Positions 45,133 to 58,300 of a DNA stretch of 64,000 bases are shown here, piece after piece; positions within the stretch are counted from its first letter, which is position 1; the number at the start of each line of letters is the position of its first letter. The translations under genes were made by a program, and so were the position numbers. The notes below the pieces were generated by a model, which was given only the letters and a program-made list of their open reading frames with translations, ran no database searches and was not told where the DNA came from. Origin of the DNA: Neoechinorhynchus agilis (Eukaryota; Animalia; Acanthocephala); contig CM121341.1 in assembly GCA_051530055.1 (NCBI GenBank), positions 14,734,784 to 14,798,783 of the forward strand, read 5' to 3'.

Positions 45133-48100
45133 CTAGCAACTATTATACAAAGAATAAGGTACACTAACTGTGAAAAAATTTGAAACAACTTCCCATGAAG
45201 TTCTCGAAGATTCCCAGTGTTCGAGTACAAAAATTACCTGAAACAAACAGTCGAGTAGAAGAACAAAACAAGCGAAATTCTCCGAACGAAAATCATTTCG
45301 GCTATATTTGCCAATAAGAACATTTTGTTTGCAGTCAACCATTGGCCATTCACGAAAAAGGAGATCTGCGAATGCCGTTATTGATCTGATTTCCGGATTC
45401 AGTATAAGATTAGCAAGTACTCGAGCGCAAGCAGCGTATCCTTCATATTCCATATTGTTAATAAGCACCACGTTTGATCCAGATTTAATGCTCTCACAGT
45501 AAATTTGCTGCGCGAATAACCACTTTCGACTCAGCCCCGACTCAGCAAATTTGCTTTACATACGTTCCCAACTAACTGGAACATTGATTCCACGAGATTT
45601 ATCCACGATTGGTCAACTTTCCTATGTTCATTACCCAAATAAAGGTGATTTACCATCTCGTCGATCATTGCTTCCAGAACAGTATTTACAGATCTACAAG
45701 GTGAATAAAAAATCTCAAAATCGTATATCAAGACGATTCTCGAAAATCGACCGTGATATTCGAAAACCATCAAAATATCGCAAGTAGTTACTTTCAATTA
45801 CTGGTTTGATTTTATCCCAACCGACGGTTAGTTTTATTGAAGTACCAAGCGGGATCTTGTGACAGACGCTGAATATTTTACCTTTACAAGTTTGACCCAT
45901 CGACAACGATCGAAACAACTCGTAGTCGTTCTGTTTCCCTGAATAATCATCGGCGATTGAGTCGCACCGGAACAGAATGACCTATTTTAAAGGTGAAAAT
46001 GTTTTGTGTGTATTTTTGTGGAAATTATGGATAATGAAAAATTTTCAGACGCAATTAATGAAAGGAATGCGATTTTGCTAGTAAAAGTTGTCGCCGTTAA
46101 GGAAAACGGAAGTCGTGGTACATTGTTATGCTTCACCAGGAGGCGATTTTAGTTGTAAATAATGAATTTTTGGAATTTTATTTTTAAGTGAATCGACAAG
46201 CGTTTTCCTGAGGATTAAAGCAAATTATCAAATCGGGACAATTTGAGTTTAAGAAGGTTTTGAAAAAATTGGTTTTGTTCTAGTTAAAGTCGAGGCCGTG
46301 ATGATATAAAGAAATGGCGAAACATTTAAGTGCTTAATCTAAAAACGATGTTTTTTGTCAAATAGACATGTCTTTTAGTTTATTTTTTCCAGCGAATAAA
46401 TTCGCATTTCCTTATGATTATTGACAATAGTTAATTGGGGATAATTTCAGTATTTTTTCCCGAATTTATTTTTAACGAAATGCGATTTTATTTCAAGTAA
46501 AATCAAGCATCTTGGTGGAACAGAGAAATCGTGCAACCAATTTGTTTTTAACCTTATAACGAGTTTTATTTTAAAATAGAAAAGGACTTTTTGGAATCTT
46601 GTTTTTTGCCTACTAATCAATACGCATTTATTTTAACAATAAAGCAAATAAATAATTGGTTACAATTTTAACCTTTAAAAAACTAATAAACAAATGATAT
46701 TTTCGTGAGCAAAATTAAGCGCCGTGAAGAAACAGAGAAGCCGTGGAACTTTTTTGTTCTTGGCGTTGAAACGAAATTTTGTTTTTAAATAGGTAACGAC
46801 TTTTTGGAATTTGGTTTCTTTTAAACGAAATCTAGAAACAATTCACAAAAACGAACCGAATTTCTTTTGTGAACATATGACACTGAAGGAAATTTTCCGT
46901 TTCGGCGGATATCGCTGGACGTGATGATCGATTGATGGGAACAACATTCAGGAACGGCCGAAACGAATGTTGCAATATCGACGACTTTGAGAGCAACCGA
47001 CTGGGAAACATTGGAGCAATACTCAATTAATACATTTCTCGTCATTTCGCTCTGTCCTTCGTTGGTCAACTTTTCAATTAAGCGCGTTTCTAATTGCAGC
47101 ATGGAAAAGTGTGATATCTTTCAAACTGACCTTCGTTTTCTCTTACAGCTTCGATGGAGAGCGCAAATTCCCTGATACGTTCAAGGTTAATTGAAGCACC
47201 GAAGAATATCACAACTGCCTCGAATCGTTTAAGTTTTAGCAAAAGTTTATTCTCCTGTAAGAGATCTTGGCACACGCGGTTTATCCATGACATTTCAAGC
47301 TAAAAATCATTAGAAGCCTTGGATCTTTTTAAATTTCGTATTACCCATTTTTCATTGCTATTGGATGATATTATTAAATGTGTGACAGTTAAACTGATTC
47401 TACAATTTTTCATTATTGAAGTGTCCGTCCATGTGACTTCTCTAACTTTATCGATTGTCGGAACTTTTATAAGATCAAGTGAGGAGCGCATCACAAATGA
47501 GATCTAAAAAATTTTAACAAAGAAATTATCCTTAAATTGTGATTTCTCAACGGTTGCACTATTTCAGCAGATTATATCCGTCAGCCTCGTATAACAATAC
47601 GAAAAAAGGAATTTCGTAGAAAGTGAATGTAAGTTCTTCAAAAATGAGACGCTTATAAGTGAGATATAAAATTCCATTGGTGATAACCGCAAAAACGGTT
47701 GAATTACTCGGATTCGACTGCTTCTAACCACTGTCAGCAACATATCCGTTGGACAAAAAATAAGAGCTTTCAAAACCAACCTTAGAATTTAATAGCACCG
47801 ATTTACTCTTATCTCTAATAATCAGCATTTGTTCTTCAAAGGTCATTAAATTTCGTTATTTGATACAAACAGAAAATCTTTTCCTAGGTTCTTTCATTGC
47901 TTAAGGAAGTTGCGACAACTATAAAAAATCCTAGGCTCAGTAAAACGGCTGAGACCGACAGCACTAATTTCGCTTGCAAAAAAAGATGCTACTTTGTAAA
48001 TAGATTATTTAATTTATCTGATCGTTCTGAGCTGATATCGCAACGAACGTACGCCGCAAAAACTTACAAATAATTCTGAAGTCCCACGTAGAAGACGAGA

Positions 48101-48200
48101 TATCAATTGAATTAAATCATTTTTCATTATTTCGATAGACCAAAAACAATCTATGCATAAGATCTTTACAAGAAAATATTCAATTGGAAAAGCTGAAAAC
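45133..48200 (-). CDS. Probable multi-exon gene for a divergent helical (possibly HEAT-like) protein; structure unresolved
   Basis: Cluster of same-strand Leu-rich ORFs (45133-45471, 45531-45797, 46821-47102, 47090-47293, 47300-47494, 47564-47779) with some GT/AG sites; no recognisable family motif. Confidence 0.35.
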
Positions 48201-49210
48201 ATTTTTTTGTTAATTAATAATAAAGCATGAAACGTGCAATGACCACCGTCCGCAAAATCTTAGCTTCTCTCCTTCCTCGGCTGTCGCTATCACGCTAGCA
48301 GCATTGCCTCGTTGTACTGCGAGCGAGAAATTTTGTCGCAGGAATACACATGCCCTCGCGTCGCCGGTCGTTTCCCTCAGAGCAGAGTGAGTGCCGAGCT
48401 GCCAAGCGCTCCATACGTCTCTACTCCGAAGGGGACAAAATAGTGGGCCCTTGCTAAATCCCTATATTTTCGTAACTTCTTCCCTTCCGCTGCACCTCCA
48501 GCGATTTCGGGAAAGTAGGGAATGTTGCTTACTGCGAGGGTGTCCACACACGTGGCGTCCCAGAGAAGGCATTTGCCCTCCCGTCACGGAAAGATCGAAA
48601 TTCCATCGGGCATACGGCCGTCTAGTCTACAGAGGTGGGCGGGTTCCGAAATGTTGGCAAGTTCGCCGTCCTCAACGCCAGAGAAATACGCTATTGATCT
48701 CAGAATGGCGTGAGAACCTTTCCCCGGACTTTCGGCAAACGAGATTGTGTCGCCAGAAAGCATCAACCAAAGATCCACATCGACAGCGATGGGGCGTGCA
48801 TATCGGGAGACCAAGTTTTAAGGACACTGCGATTCTCGTTACCTCATCAGTGAGAAGAGTTCCCACAGATGCCAGAGGAACAGCCTCCAACCACGCCCCC
48901 GATTCTCGTGTCGAAACTGCTAATAATCCAGCTCGGAACCTGAAAGTAGAGATCTGTGAGCTCTCGCGACGAGAGATCTGTCTCAGATAGACTGTCTGGG
49001 CAATTCACGGGAACATGGTGGTCATGACAAAACTTTTCCTCTGAATTTTCTTCGCTATCGGTTGATTCCCTCCATACAATCCAGCAAAGGCTGGCAAGGC
49101 AAGGTCTATTAGCACCCGAATGCCCAATCCCCCAGATGACATACGCAATGAAGCCTCATCTGAGAGCTGGACATTAAAAATACGCTCGAGTGGAAAAGTA
49201 TATGCAATCA
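48200..49210 (-). mobile_element. CRE-type non-LTR retrotransposon 3' part (zinc knuckle plus restriction-like endonuclease), frameshifted
   Basis: CRCGSLVD..RHNLVC..RFSRHSEIN, EPAHLCRLDGRMPDG, WDATCVDTL, KYRDL..YFVP..VET.G, FSLAVQRGNAASV; short A-tail. Confidence 0.85.
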
Positions 49211-50289
49211 TTTATCGGTTGCTAATACCCATTTATCATCTAGCTTTTTCTTAAAATTCATTGTTTCAGTTTCGACTGTCCAAAACTAGAATGCACGAAT
49301 AATTTAGGAATCTTTGAACAAATAATAATCTCTTCCGTTTATTTTACTTGTCTACACGAACACTAGAAAGCATTCTAATTGATTAAAAGCTTATTTGTGC
49401 TCTAATCTTTAATCGACATTTGATTCAAAGAAAAAGTCCGTATCGGACGGGTTCAGAATTCAAATTTTCGTAGCTAATAGGAGAAATCCAACATTTTTGA
49501 AACCTTGCTCGATATCGAAATAGGCGTTTCCTTGCATTTAAAACAACTAGCCAAGAATTGGCAATGAATTTGAATTTCCTAAACAGATTCCGTAAACAAG
49601 TTCGAAATGTTTTCGACGTGGAACTCAATAGACGTTTTTATCACTTTCGATGATTTCGTCGAAAACATCGATCCCTTTTCAGAAAATTTTTCGATATAAA
49701 CGAGTTTTTAACTTAAGAACAAGTATGGAATCTGTTCATGTTACGGCTTCTAGCTTGTGAGAGTATATTTTCCCTTCTATCCGACAGCAAATAGTATAGA
49801 ATTTTATCAGTGGATGCCATTAAAGAGTCAACAATGAAAAGTTAGCACTTTAAAACACATTCGGCATCGTAGAGCCTCCTCGAAAAATGAGGCAACCATT
49901 TATATCTTTTCTTATACAACTGCTTATTATTAATCTCACTGAAAGCTTGAGTCCCAAAATCTGTTTTTCCATATTGATAAGACAAAATTAGTCTCGGTAA
50001 AGCAACATTAAATTATAATAAATGATTGCGCGACGAGCCTCTAAAAAGTAGACTGAAATTGAATTTTCGATGTTTGATAAAACCGAGTTATGATCAAAAA
50101 ATGCTATAAAGAAGCCCACAAAGAAAAATGCGTCGTTATCTTTCCATTGTGTACTATCGCTCTCTTGTTGAAATATTATAAAGCAAATAGAAAACAACCC
50201 TCGTTCAATGTGACTTGTTCAAACCCCGACTAGTAAAAACGATGCTCTTTACTTTGGTGTCTGTTGCGCCTTCAATCCATCGATAAGAA

Positions 50290-53200
50290 ATGAAAGGTAA
50301 CCTTTATTCTAGTATTTATTCGTTCAACATTTTAATAATTCAGTTTTTATTATTCTTGCCTTGATTTGCTTAATTGTGGGCAGGACGCAGGCACAAAATC
50401 AACCAAACATCATATTCAGTTAGTAGATTACTTTATAAGTTTTCATTTACCTTTAAATTCCAAAAAGGCTCAACTGGTCTGACTGAAGAGGAAAAAGTTC
50501 TTCTTTACGAGTTCATGAGTGAATCATTGAATTCCCCTCAGGGATTAAGGACATGCATCGTACGACCTGCAAGCCTCGGAACGTCTAGTTGCAAATCCTA
50601 CATCGCCAGGAAGGTAGCCGAGGCAGTTCATAAATTCGGTGAGATTTACAGTTAAGGTTTTAGTCGTTAATAATGATCTTCTCTTAGATCTACCAAGGGA
50701 CATGACTTTTTGTATTGAAGAAATATACGAAACAGATTCGACAACGACAACTGAACAGATAGACTCAACGTCGGAAGTAACTTCCGAAGAAACTTCGGAC
50801 GCCACCTCAGAGGAATCGACATCTCTGCCGACTAGTGAATTAACTTCGGAAGCTACCTCGGACGCAATTTCGGACGTTACTACAGAGGAATCAACTGCCC
50901 TGCCAACTTCCAACGCTACTACAGAGGAATCAACCGTACTGTCAACTTCGGAAGCCACGTCGGAAGCAACTTCGGACGCTACCACAGAGGAATCAACCGT
51001 GCTGTCAACTTCCGAATTAACATCGGAAGCCACGTCGGAAGCAACTTCGGACGCTACCACAGAGGAATCAACCGTGCTGTCAACTTCCGAATTAATTTCG
51101 GAAGCCACGTCTGAAGCAACTTCGAACGCTACCACGAAGGAATCAACTACCCTCTTAACTTCTGAATTAAATTCGGAAGCAACGTCGGAAGCAACTTCGG
51201 ACGTTACTGCAGATGAATCAACTGCCCTGTCAATTTCCAACGCTACCACAGCAGAATCAACCGTCCTGTCAACCCCTGACGCCACTTCGGACGCTACCAC
51301 AGAGGAATCAATTACCCTCTTAACTTCTGAATTAACTTCGGAAGCCACGTCGGAAGTAACTTCGAACGCTGCCACAGAGGAATCAACCGTGTTGTCAACT
51401 TCAGAATTAACTTCGGAAACCACCTCGGTAGCAACTTCGGACGTTACTACAGATGAATCAACTGCCCTGCCAACTTCCAACGCTACCACAGCAGAATCAA
51501 CCGTCCTGTCAACCCCTGAAGCCACTTCGGATGCTACCACAGAGGAATCAACTACCCTCTTAACTTCTGAATTAACTTCGGAAGCGACGTCGGAATTAAC
51601 TTCGAACGCTACCACAGAGGAATCAACCGGGCTGTCAACTTCTGAATTAACTTCGGAAGCCACCTCGGAAGCCACTTCGGACGTTACCACAGAGGAATCA
51701 ACTACCCTCTTAACTTCTGAATTAACTTCGGACGCCACGTCGGAAGTAACTTCGAACGCTACCACAGAGGAATCAACCGTGTTGTCAACTTCAGAATTAA
51801 CTTCGGAAAGCACCTCGGTAGCAACTTCGGACGTTACTACAGATGAATCAACCGCCCTGCCAACTTCCAACGCTACCACAGCAGAATCAACCGTCCTGTC
51901 AACCCCCGAAGCCACTTCGGACGCTACCACAGAGGAATCAACTACCCTCTTAACTTCTGAATTAACTTCGGAAGCCACGTCGGAAGTAACTTCGAACGCA
52001 ACCACAGAGGAATCAACCGTGCTGTCAACTTCTGAATTAACTTCGGAAGCCACCTCGGAAGCAACATCGGACGCTACCACAGAGGAATCAACTGCCCTGC
52101 CAACTTCCAACGCTACCACAGCAGAATCAACCGTCCTGTCAACCGCTGAAGCCACTTCGGACGCTACCACAGAGGAATCAACCGCACTGTCAACTACGGA
52201 AGCTACGTCGGAAGCAACTTCGGATGTTACTACAGATGAATCGATTGCCCTGCCAACTTCCAACGCTACCACAGCAGAATCAACCGTCCTGTCAACCCCT
52301 GAAGCCACTTCGGACGCTACCACAGAGGAATCAACCGCACTGTCAACTACGGAAGCCACGTCGGAAGTAACTTCGGACGCTACCACAGAGGAATCAACTG
52401 CCCTGCCAACTTCCAACGCTACCACAGCAGAATCAACCGTCCTGTCAACCGCCGAAGCCACTTCGGACCCTACCACAGAGGAATCAACTGCCCTGTCAAC
52501 TTCCAACGCTACCACAGCAGAATCAACCGTCCTGTCAACCGCCGAAGCCACTTCGGACGCTACCACAGAGGAATCAACCGCACTGTCAACTACGGAAGCC
52601 ACGTCGGAAGCCACGTCGGAAGTAACTTCGAACGCAACCACAGAGGAATCAACCGTGCTGTCAACTTCTGAATTAACTTCGGAAACCACCTCGGAAGCAA
52701 CTTCGGACGCTACCACAGAGGAATCAACTGCCCTGCCAACTTCCAACGCTACCACAGCAGAATCAACCGTCCTGTCAACCGCCGAAGCCACTTCGGACGC
52801 TACCACAGAGGAATCAACCGCACTGTCAACTACGGAAGCCACGTCGGAAGCAACTTCGGACGTTACTACAGATGAATCGATTGCCCTGCCAACTTCCAAC
52901 GCTACCACAGCAGAATCAACCGTCCTGTCAACCCCTGAAGCCACTTCGGACGCTACCACAGAGGAATCAACCGTACTGTCAACTACGGAAGCCACGTCGG
53001 AAGCAACTTCGAACGCTACCACAGTGGAATCTACTCTACTGTCAACTTCAGAATTAACTTCGGAAGCCACCTCGGAAGCAACTTCGAACGCTACGACAGA
53101 GGAATCAACCGTACTGTCAACTACGGAAGCCACGTCGGAAGCAATTTCGAACGCTACCACAGAGGAATCTACTCCACTGTCAACTTCAGAATTAACTTCG

Positions 53201-53722
53201 GAAGCCACCTCGGAAGCAACTTCGGACGTTACTACAGAGGAATCAACTGCCGTGCCAAATTCCAACGCTACCACAGCGGAATCAACGTCGGGTACCACTT
53301 CGAACGCTACCACGGAGGAATCAACCACGATTACGTCTGGCCCAGTACCTCTCCCGATTGATTTCGTTCCAGCACGAATACTGGAATCACCAGATGAAGA
53401 TGTACTTGACTTCAAATCGGTGGTTTCTGACGAACAAATCTACAAACCTGCTTCCGATAATTTGACCGCTTTAATCGATGAACAAATTGAGAAGATTTCA
53501 CTTTTGATTCAAGATATCAAGAAATCATTTTCTGGGATCGCAAATTCCACGTTGGAAAGGACTCGATATAAACGCAGCGTCTCGGATACAACAACTTCGG
53601 TAGGCGACGATATCGAACGCTTCCGAGTTGCTTATCCCAACCAAGATATATCAATGAGTGAAAAAGCAGCGGAAATTTTTCTGAGAATTCTTGGAAACTT
53701 TGAAGCCCCTGCTCTTAACTAG
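50290..53722 (+). CDS. Secreted S/T/E-rich mucin-like protein, paralog C (long repeat array, ~1100 aa)
   Basis: Exons 50290-50296, 50344-50418, 50468-50638, 50664-53722, all GT-AG and phase-consistent; signal peptide MKVFIILALICLIVGRTQA; RYKR basic site near the C-terminus. Confidence 0.85.
50760..53330 (+). repeat. Coding tandem repeat array (TTEEST.LSTSELTSEATSEATSD / TTAESTVLSTPEATSDA / TT.EST.LPTSNA units)
   Basis: Dozens of near-identical ACCACAGAGGAATCAAC-anchored units in higher-order blocks. Confidence 0.97.
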
Positions 53723-53999
53723 AAGACATTGATTAGTAGCTATCTTAGTTCGTAGTTAGAATTATGTAGTAGACATCATCAATAAAACCTTCTATATCCT
53801 TAATGAGTTTCTCTTCCTTTTCCAACATATTAATTTCATTCCAAAGAGTAAACATATAAAAGACCATGTTGTGATCAGCGCCCGCCGCTGGCATGGACAT
53901 TCTCCAGCAGAATTCTATTTGAGATAACGGCAAATAATGTTTCTTTGTTAAAGGAAATGAAACTCAGATCGCATCGAATTGTAAGATATTCTTTATGGT

Positions 54000-55343
54000 C
54001 AATAAGGGCGAGACATAGCGCAGGCTTTCTCGATTTCGCGTCATAATTCAATGCGTCGAGCGGGCCGAAAACACAAAATCACAAGATTCACAGCCACCAG
54101 AGCCTCCCGAAAAAAGCGAATTTCGTCGTATAGAAAGTAATAAAGTTAGTCAAGTTGATCTCCAAAATCCAGTTGTTTTGAGTAACGGGTTGTCTGCCCC
54201 CACGAGATGGTTAGAAAGGATCACAGTTTGAGTGTGGTTTTTGATAGTAATGGGTTTCCTGCTCCCGCCCAACTTACAAAAGCTATGGTCATATGAACAT
54301 GGTTCCAACTCAAGAAGTGGTTTTTGTGTAATTGGTCTTCTGCTCCCTCACTTAGAACACTTCACCAAAATCTTTAACCCAAGATTACCTCTACCCAAAG
54401 AGGATTATATCATACGAATTAAAAAAAGAAAACCTGGGTAGTATTTCTGTAGGCGAAGTTATAAAAATTACTTCATAAGATATCTATCGTCAAATAAACT
54501 AGAAAATGCCAGAGACTATCAAATCTACAAAGTTTTGCGACAGAATGCTCGTTCTGGATATCCTTTTGTAAGCTATGAAGGGTTAAAGGTGTTTTCGAAA
54601 ATGTTAAAGGAAAATTCCGTCGAATTTAATGATATTTCAAAGAATTCAACTTTAATGGTTTTCAACATGCCATACAATATGCAGCAGGAAAATTTTCAGA
54701 GGTCTGAAAGCACTTTTGGCCTAAAGCCAATTAAATATCTGCACCAAAATCCGGACGATCCACCTTACGCACTTCTCGTGCAAGGAACACAGAATATAAT
54801 AGACAAATTAAAAGGAACTTCCGAAGGGTTTATGGTTCATTTGATATGGTTTTCATTCCCAAAAGATAGACCAATATATGACTTCATTCTAACACGATGT
54901 TCCAAATGTTCCCAAGTATAAAAGATGTTACCAAAAATTATGCTATAATTGCGGAGGGAAACATGAGGCATTCTGACGTTACTGTCCAGCGGCAATAAAA
55001 TATTTTAAATGAAGTGAGAAAAAGACAAATCAAAGGCGAATGAATTGATTAATAGGAGTTTCTCTACCCATACATACCCAAATCAGGGATACGCAAATTC
55101 AAACTCGCAAGAAAATATAATTAAAGAGCTTGTTCAACGGGTGAAATTATTACAAGAATCGGTTGGAACCTTTACTCTAAAGATTTAAAAAAGATAAAAT
55201 ATATGAAAAATTTAAAAAATCACATGATAATAAGATAGGGGATGATTGTAGGATGGATACCGAGGAAGAGCTAAGTGAGGAAGATATGGATGAAGATGGT
55301 CGCCCAGGAAATCAACATTTTCATAGTGAAGCGATGGGTGTCC
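54000..55343 (+). mobile_element. Decayed LINE ORF1-like region (CCHC knuckles), left part of an element split by the Gypsy insertion
   Basis: RCSKC and CYNCGGKHEA zinc-knuckle remnants; many stops. Confidence 0.45.
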
Positions 55344-58300
55344 TGTTGATAGGTCGATTAACACGTTTTTAATCGATTGGTAGACTGGTCGATTAACACA
55401 CGCTTAATCTATTTATCATGTAGGGTTAAAAATAGGTGTGTGCGATTAAGTGTTGAATAAAAAATGTCGCTAAAAAAAGAATACAATGCGACATCTGGCG
55501 ACGAGGATGGGATCCCGTTGGGCGAAATCCTGAAGGATCAAGCAACCCAAATCAAGGAGTTGTTACAGCAACAGCAGCAACAGAATGCGATGATTATGGA
55601 GATGTTCAAAGTCATGAAATGTACTGGACAATTAGAAAACCCAGAAAAGAAGACAGTGAGTCCATTCCGACCATTCGATTACACAAAACAATCGTGGTGC
55701 GAGTATATGGAACAAGTGAATGAATACATGAAAGCGAATGGAATTGATGGAAGCGAGTATCAGAAATCAAGTTTGTTAGCCTGGATTGGGGCTGACACAT
55801 ATAAAACGATAAAGAAGATAACAGCCGCTCAAGACTTAGTGAATATGCCATATAGTGAACTACTGGAGACGTTAGAGCGACATTTCCAGACAGAGGTTCA
55901 TGAGATTTTGGCACGATATATGTTTAACTCCAAGAAGAAGAAGGAATGCCAAACACATGAAGAATGGGTGACGGAGTTGAGGGGAGCGGCACGCGGTTGT
56001 AATTTTTTCTCAGAGGATATTAAGAATGAGAGAAACGCCGTGGAGAATCGGATTAAGGACCTCGTAATACTGAATACGCCAAATGACTCCCTTAGAAGGG
56101 TAGCAATACAATCCAAGGACATGACACTCGAAAGGCTGTTAGAATTAACGAAAACAATGGAGGCTAGCGATAATGCACAAAAGATAATCAGCGCAAGCAG
56201 GGAAAGTTATGTTAGAAATCCGGATATAAATCGGATAGAGGGAAAGAGTTTCGAATCTCGAAGGAGAGGATGGAGCCAACGAAAAGTATACAGAGATAAA
56301 GATGCTCTGGACAACGAGGCTTGTAACAATTGTGGATGGTCACATAAACCTGGTTCAGGATGTCCGGCAACGAAATCACGTTGTCGCAAATGCAACAGAA
56401 TCGGGCACTATGCACGTTGTTGTCGATCAAAAGTGTTTAAAGTGCGAGAAAGTCGAAATGGCACGAGATCCCCTTGCTTATCGATCAATAGTGATGTGGA
56501 TGCGGATAAAATGGATATAATCAATCGGGTGAGCGGTAGGAAGGTAGCCTGCTTAGACATACAGATCAACGCAAGACCAATAAGAATGGAGTTTGATACA
56601 GGTGCCACCGTCTCTATCATTAACGAAAAGGTCTGGAAAGCAATAGGAAGTCCGAATTTGACGAATATAGGGAATTTAAGAGCATACGGTGGAAGTGAAG
56701 TATCACCAATGGGAAAGTGTACGGTAAAAGTCTCGGCTATGAACAAGACAAAGACGTTGTCTGTGGTTGTGGTAAGACGACCTGCTGTATGTCTATTTGG
56801 GTTGGATTGGGCAAATGCATTCAATATGGAATTACCAGCTAAAATTATCGAAATCAATAAGGTTGTGGAAACAAGTAGTCATGAAGACGTGATGATGCAC
56901 CTTAAGAAAAATTACAGAGCTGTCTTCGAACCAAGTGTCACACCTATCAACAACATGGTGGTGAAATTATTCATGGAGCAGAATAAGCAACCGGTTAAAT
57001 GGGCTCCGAGAAGGATTCCTTATTCTCTTCAACAACCGGTTAAGAACGAAATCGATCGATTGGTCGATGCAGGTATCCTCGTTCCCGTGGATAGCAATAA
57101 GGAAAGTCCCGATTGGTTGACACCGTTAGTAGTTGTTAGGAAACCTTCGGGGAAAATTCGTTTATGTGGGGATTTCCGAGTCACGATTAACAAATTTTTG
57201 AAAGACGGAACCCACATAATGCCGACGTTCGAGGACATTGCTCATCAGATAGCGGGTAGTAGGTTGTACTCTGTAATCGATTTGAAAGAAGCTTACCTGC
57301 AACTACCAATGGATGATGAAAGCAGTAAGTTACTATCGATCAGTACTCCATGGGGAACATATAGATTCACGAGATTACCATTCGGAATATCAGCCGCGCC
57401 AGCTATCTTCCAGAATTACATCGATGATCTTCTCAAAGGAATCCAGGGAGTATGCGCGTATTTGGACGATATTATCATAGGAACCGAAAACATGACTACT
57501 CATCGGAAAACTTTGGAACAAGTATTTCAACGTCTGCTGGATGTCAATCTCAAAGTATCACCTGAGAAATGTTCATTCATGAAGACCGAAGTGAAATATC
57601 TGGGGTATACCTTCAAAAACAACAGAATATGTGTGACGGATGATAAGACCATAGCTCTCACGAATGCAGTCAGTCCGCGAAATCAAAAGGAGCTTCGATC
57701 ATTCCTCGGTTTAGCGAACTTCCACAATCGATTTGTTCCAAATTTTCAGAATACATGCGAGCGTCTTTACAGGTTAGTTTCGTCTAAAAGTACATGGGAG
57801 TGGTCGGACGAACACCAGAATTGTTTGGACAATATTAAAGAAAGTTTGAAAAATTCTCAAGAACTCATCCCATTCGATGAGCGAACGCCAATAACGCTCA
57901 CTTGTGATGCCAGCGAGCGAGGACTTGGCGCAGCGTTGTTTCATCGCACACCGGAGGGTCTTGTTCCGATAGCTTTTGCATCTCGACTATTGCAAGCAGC
58001 CGAACAAAATTATTCGTCGATTGAAAAGGAAGCCTTAGCCTTGGTATACGGAGTGAAATATTTTCACGAGTATTTATATGGACGTCGTTTTCAGTTACAT
58101 ACCGATCATAAACCATTAGAGTTTATTTTTGGAAGGAACAGAGAATTACCGAAGCTGACGAATAATAGAATAGTACGATGGGCACTTTTCCTGGCGCAAT
58201 ACGAATATGAGATCAGTCATATTCCAGGAATTGAAAATTCGATTGCGGATACACTGTCAAGGATGCCGGATCAAACAGCGAACGATATGAGCAGTGTCAG

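Noticed and set aside
50545-53415. 956-aa antisense ORF (V/S/D/A/E-rich)
   Set aside because: Mirror of the TSEATS repeat array, whose codons lack antisense stops; the same shadow ORFs appear opposite the other two paralogs.
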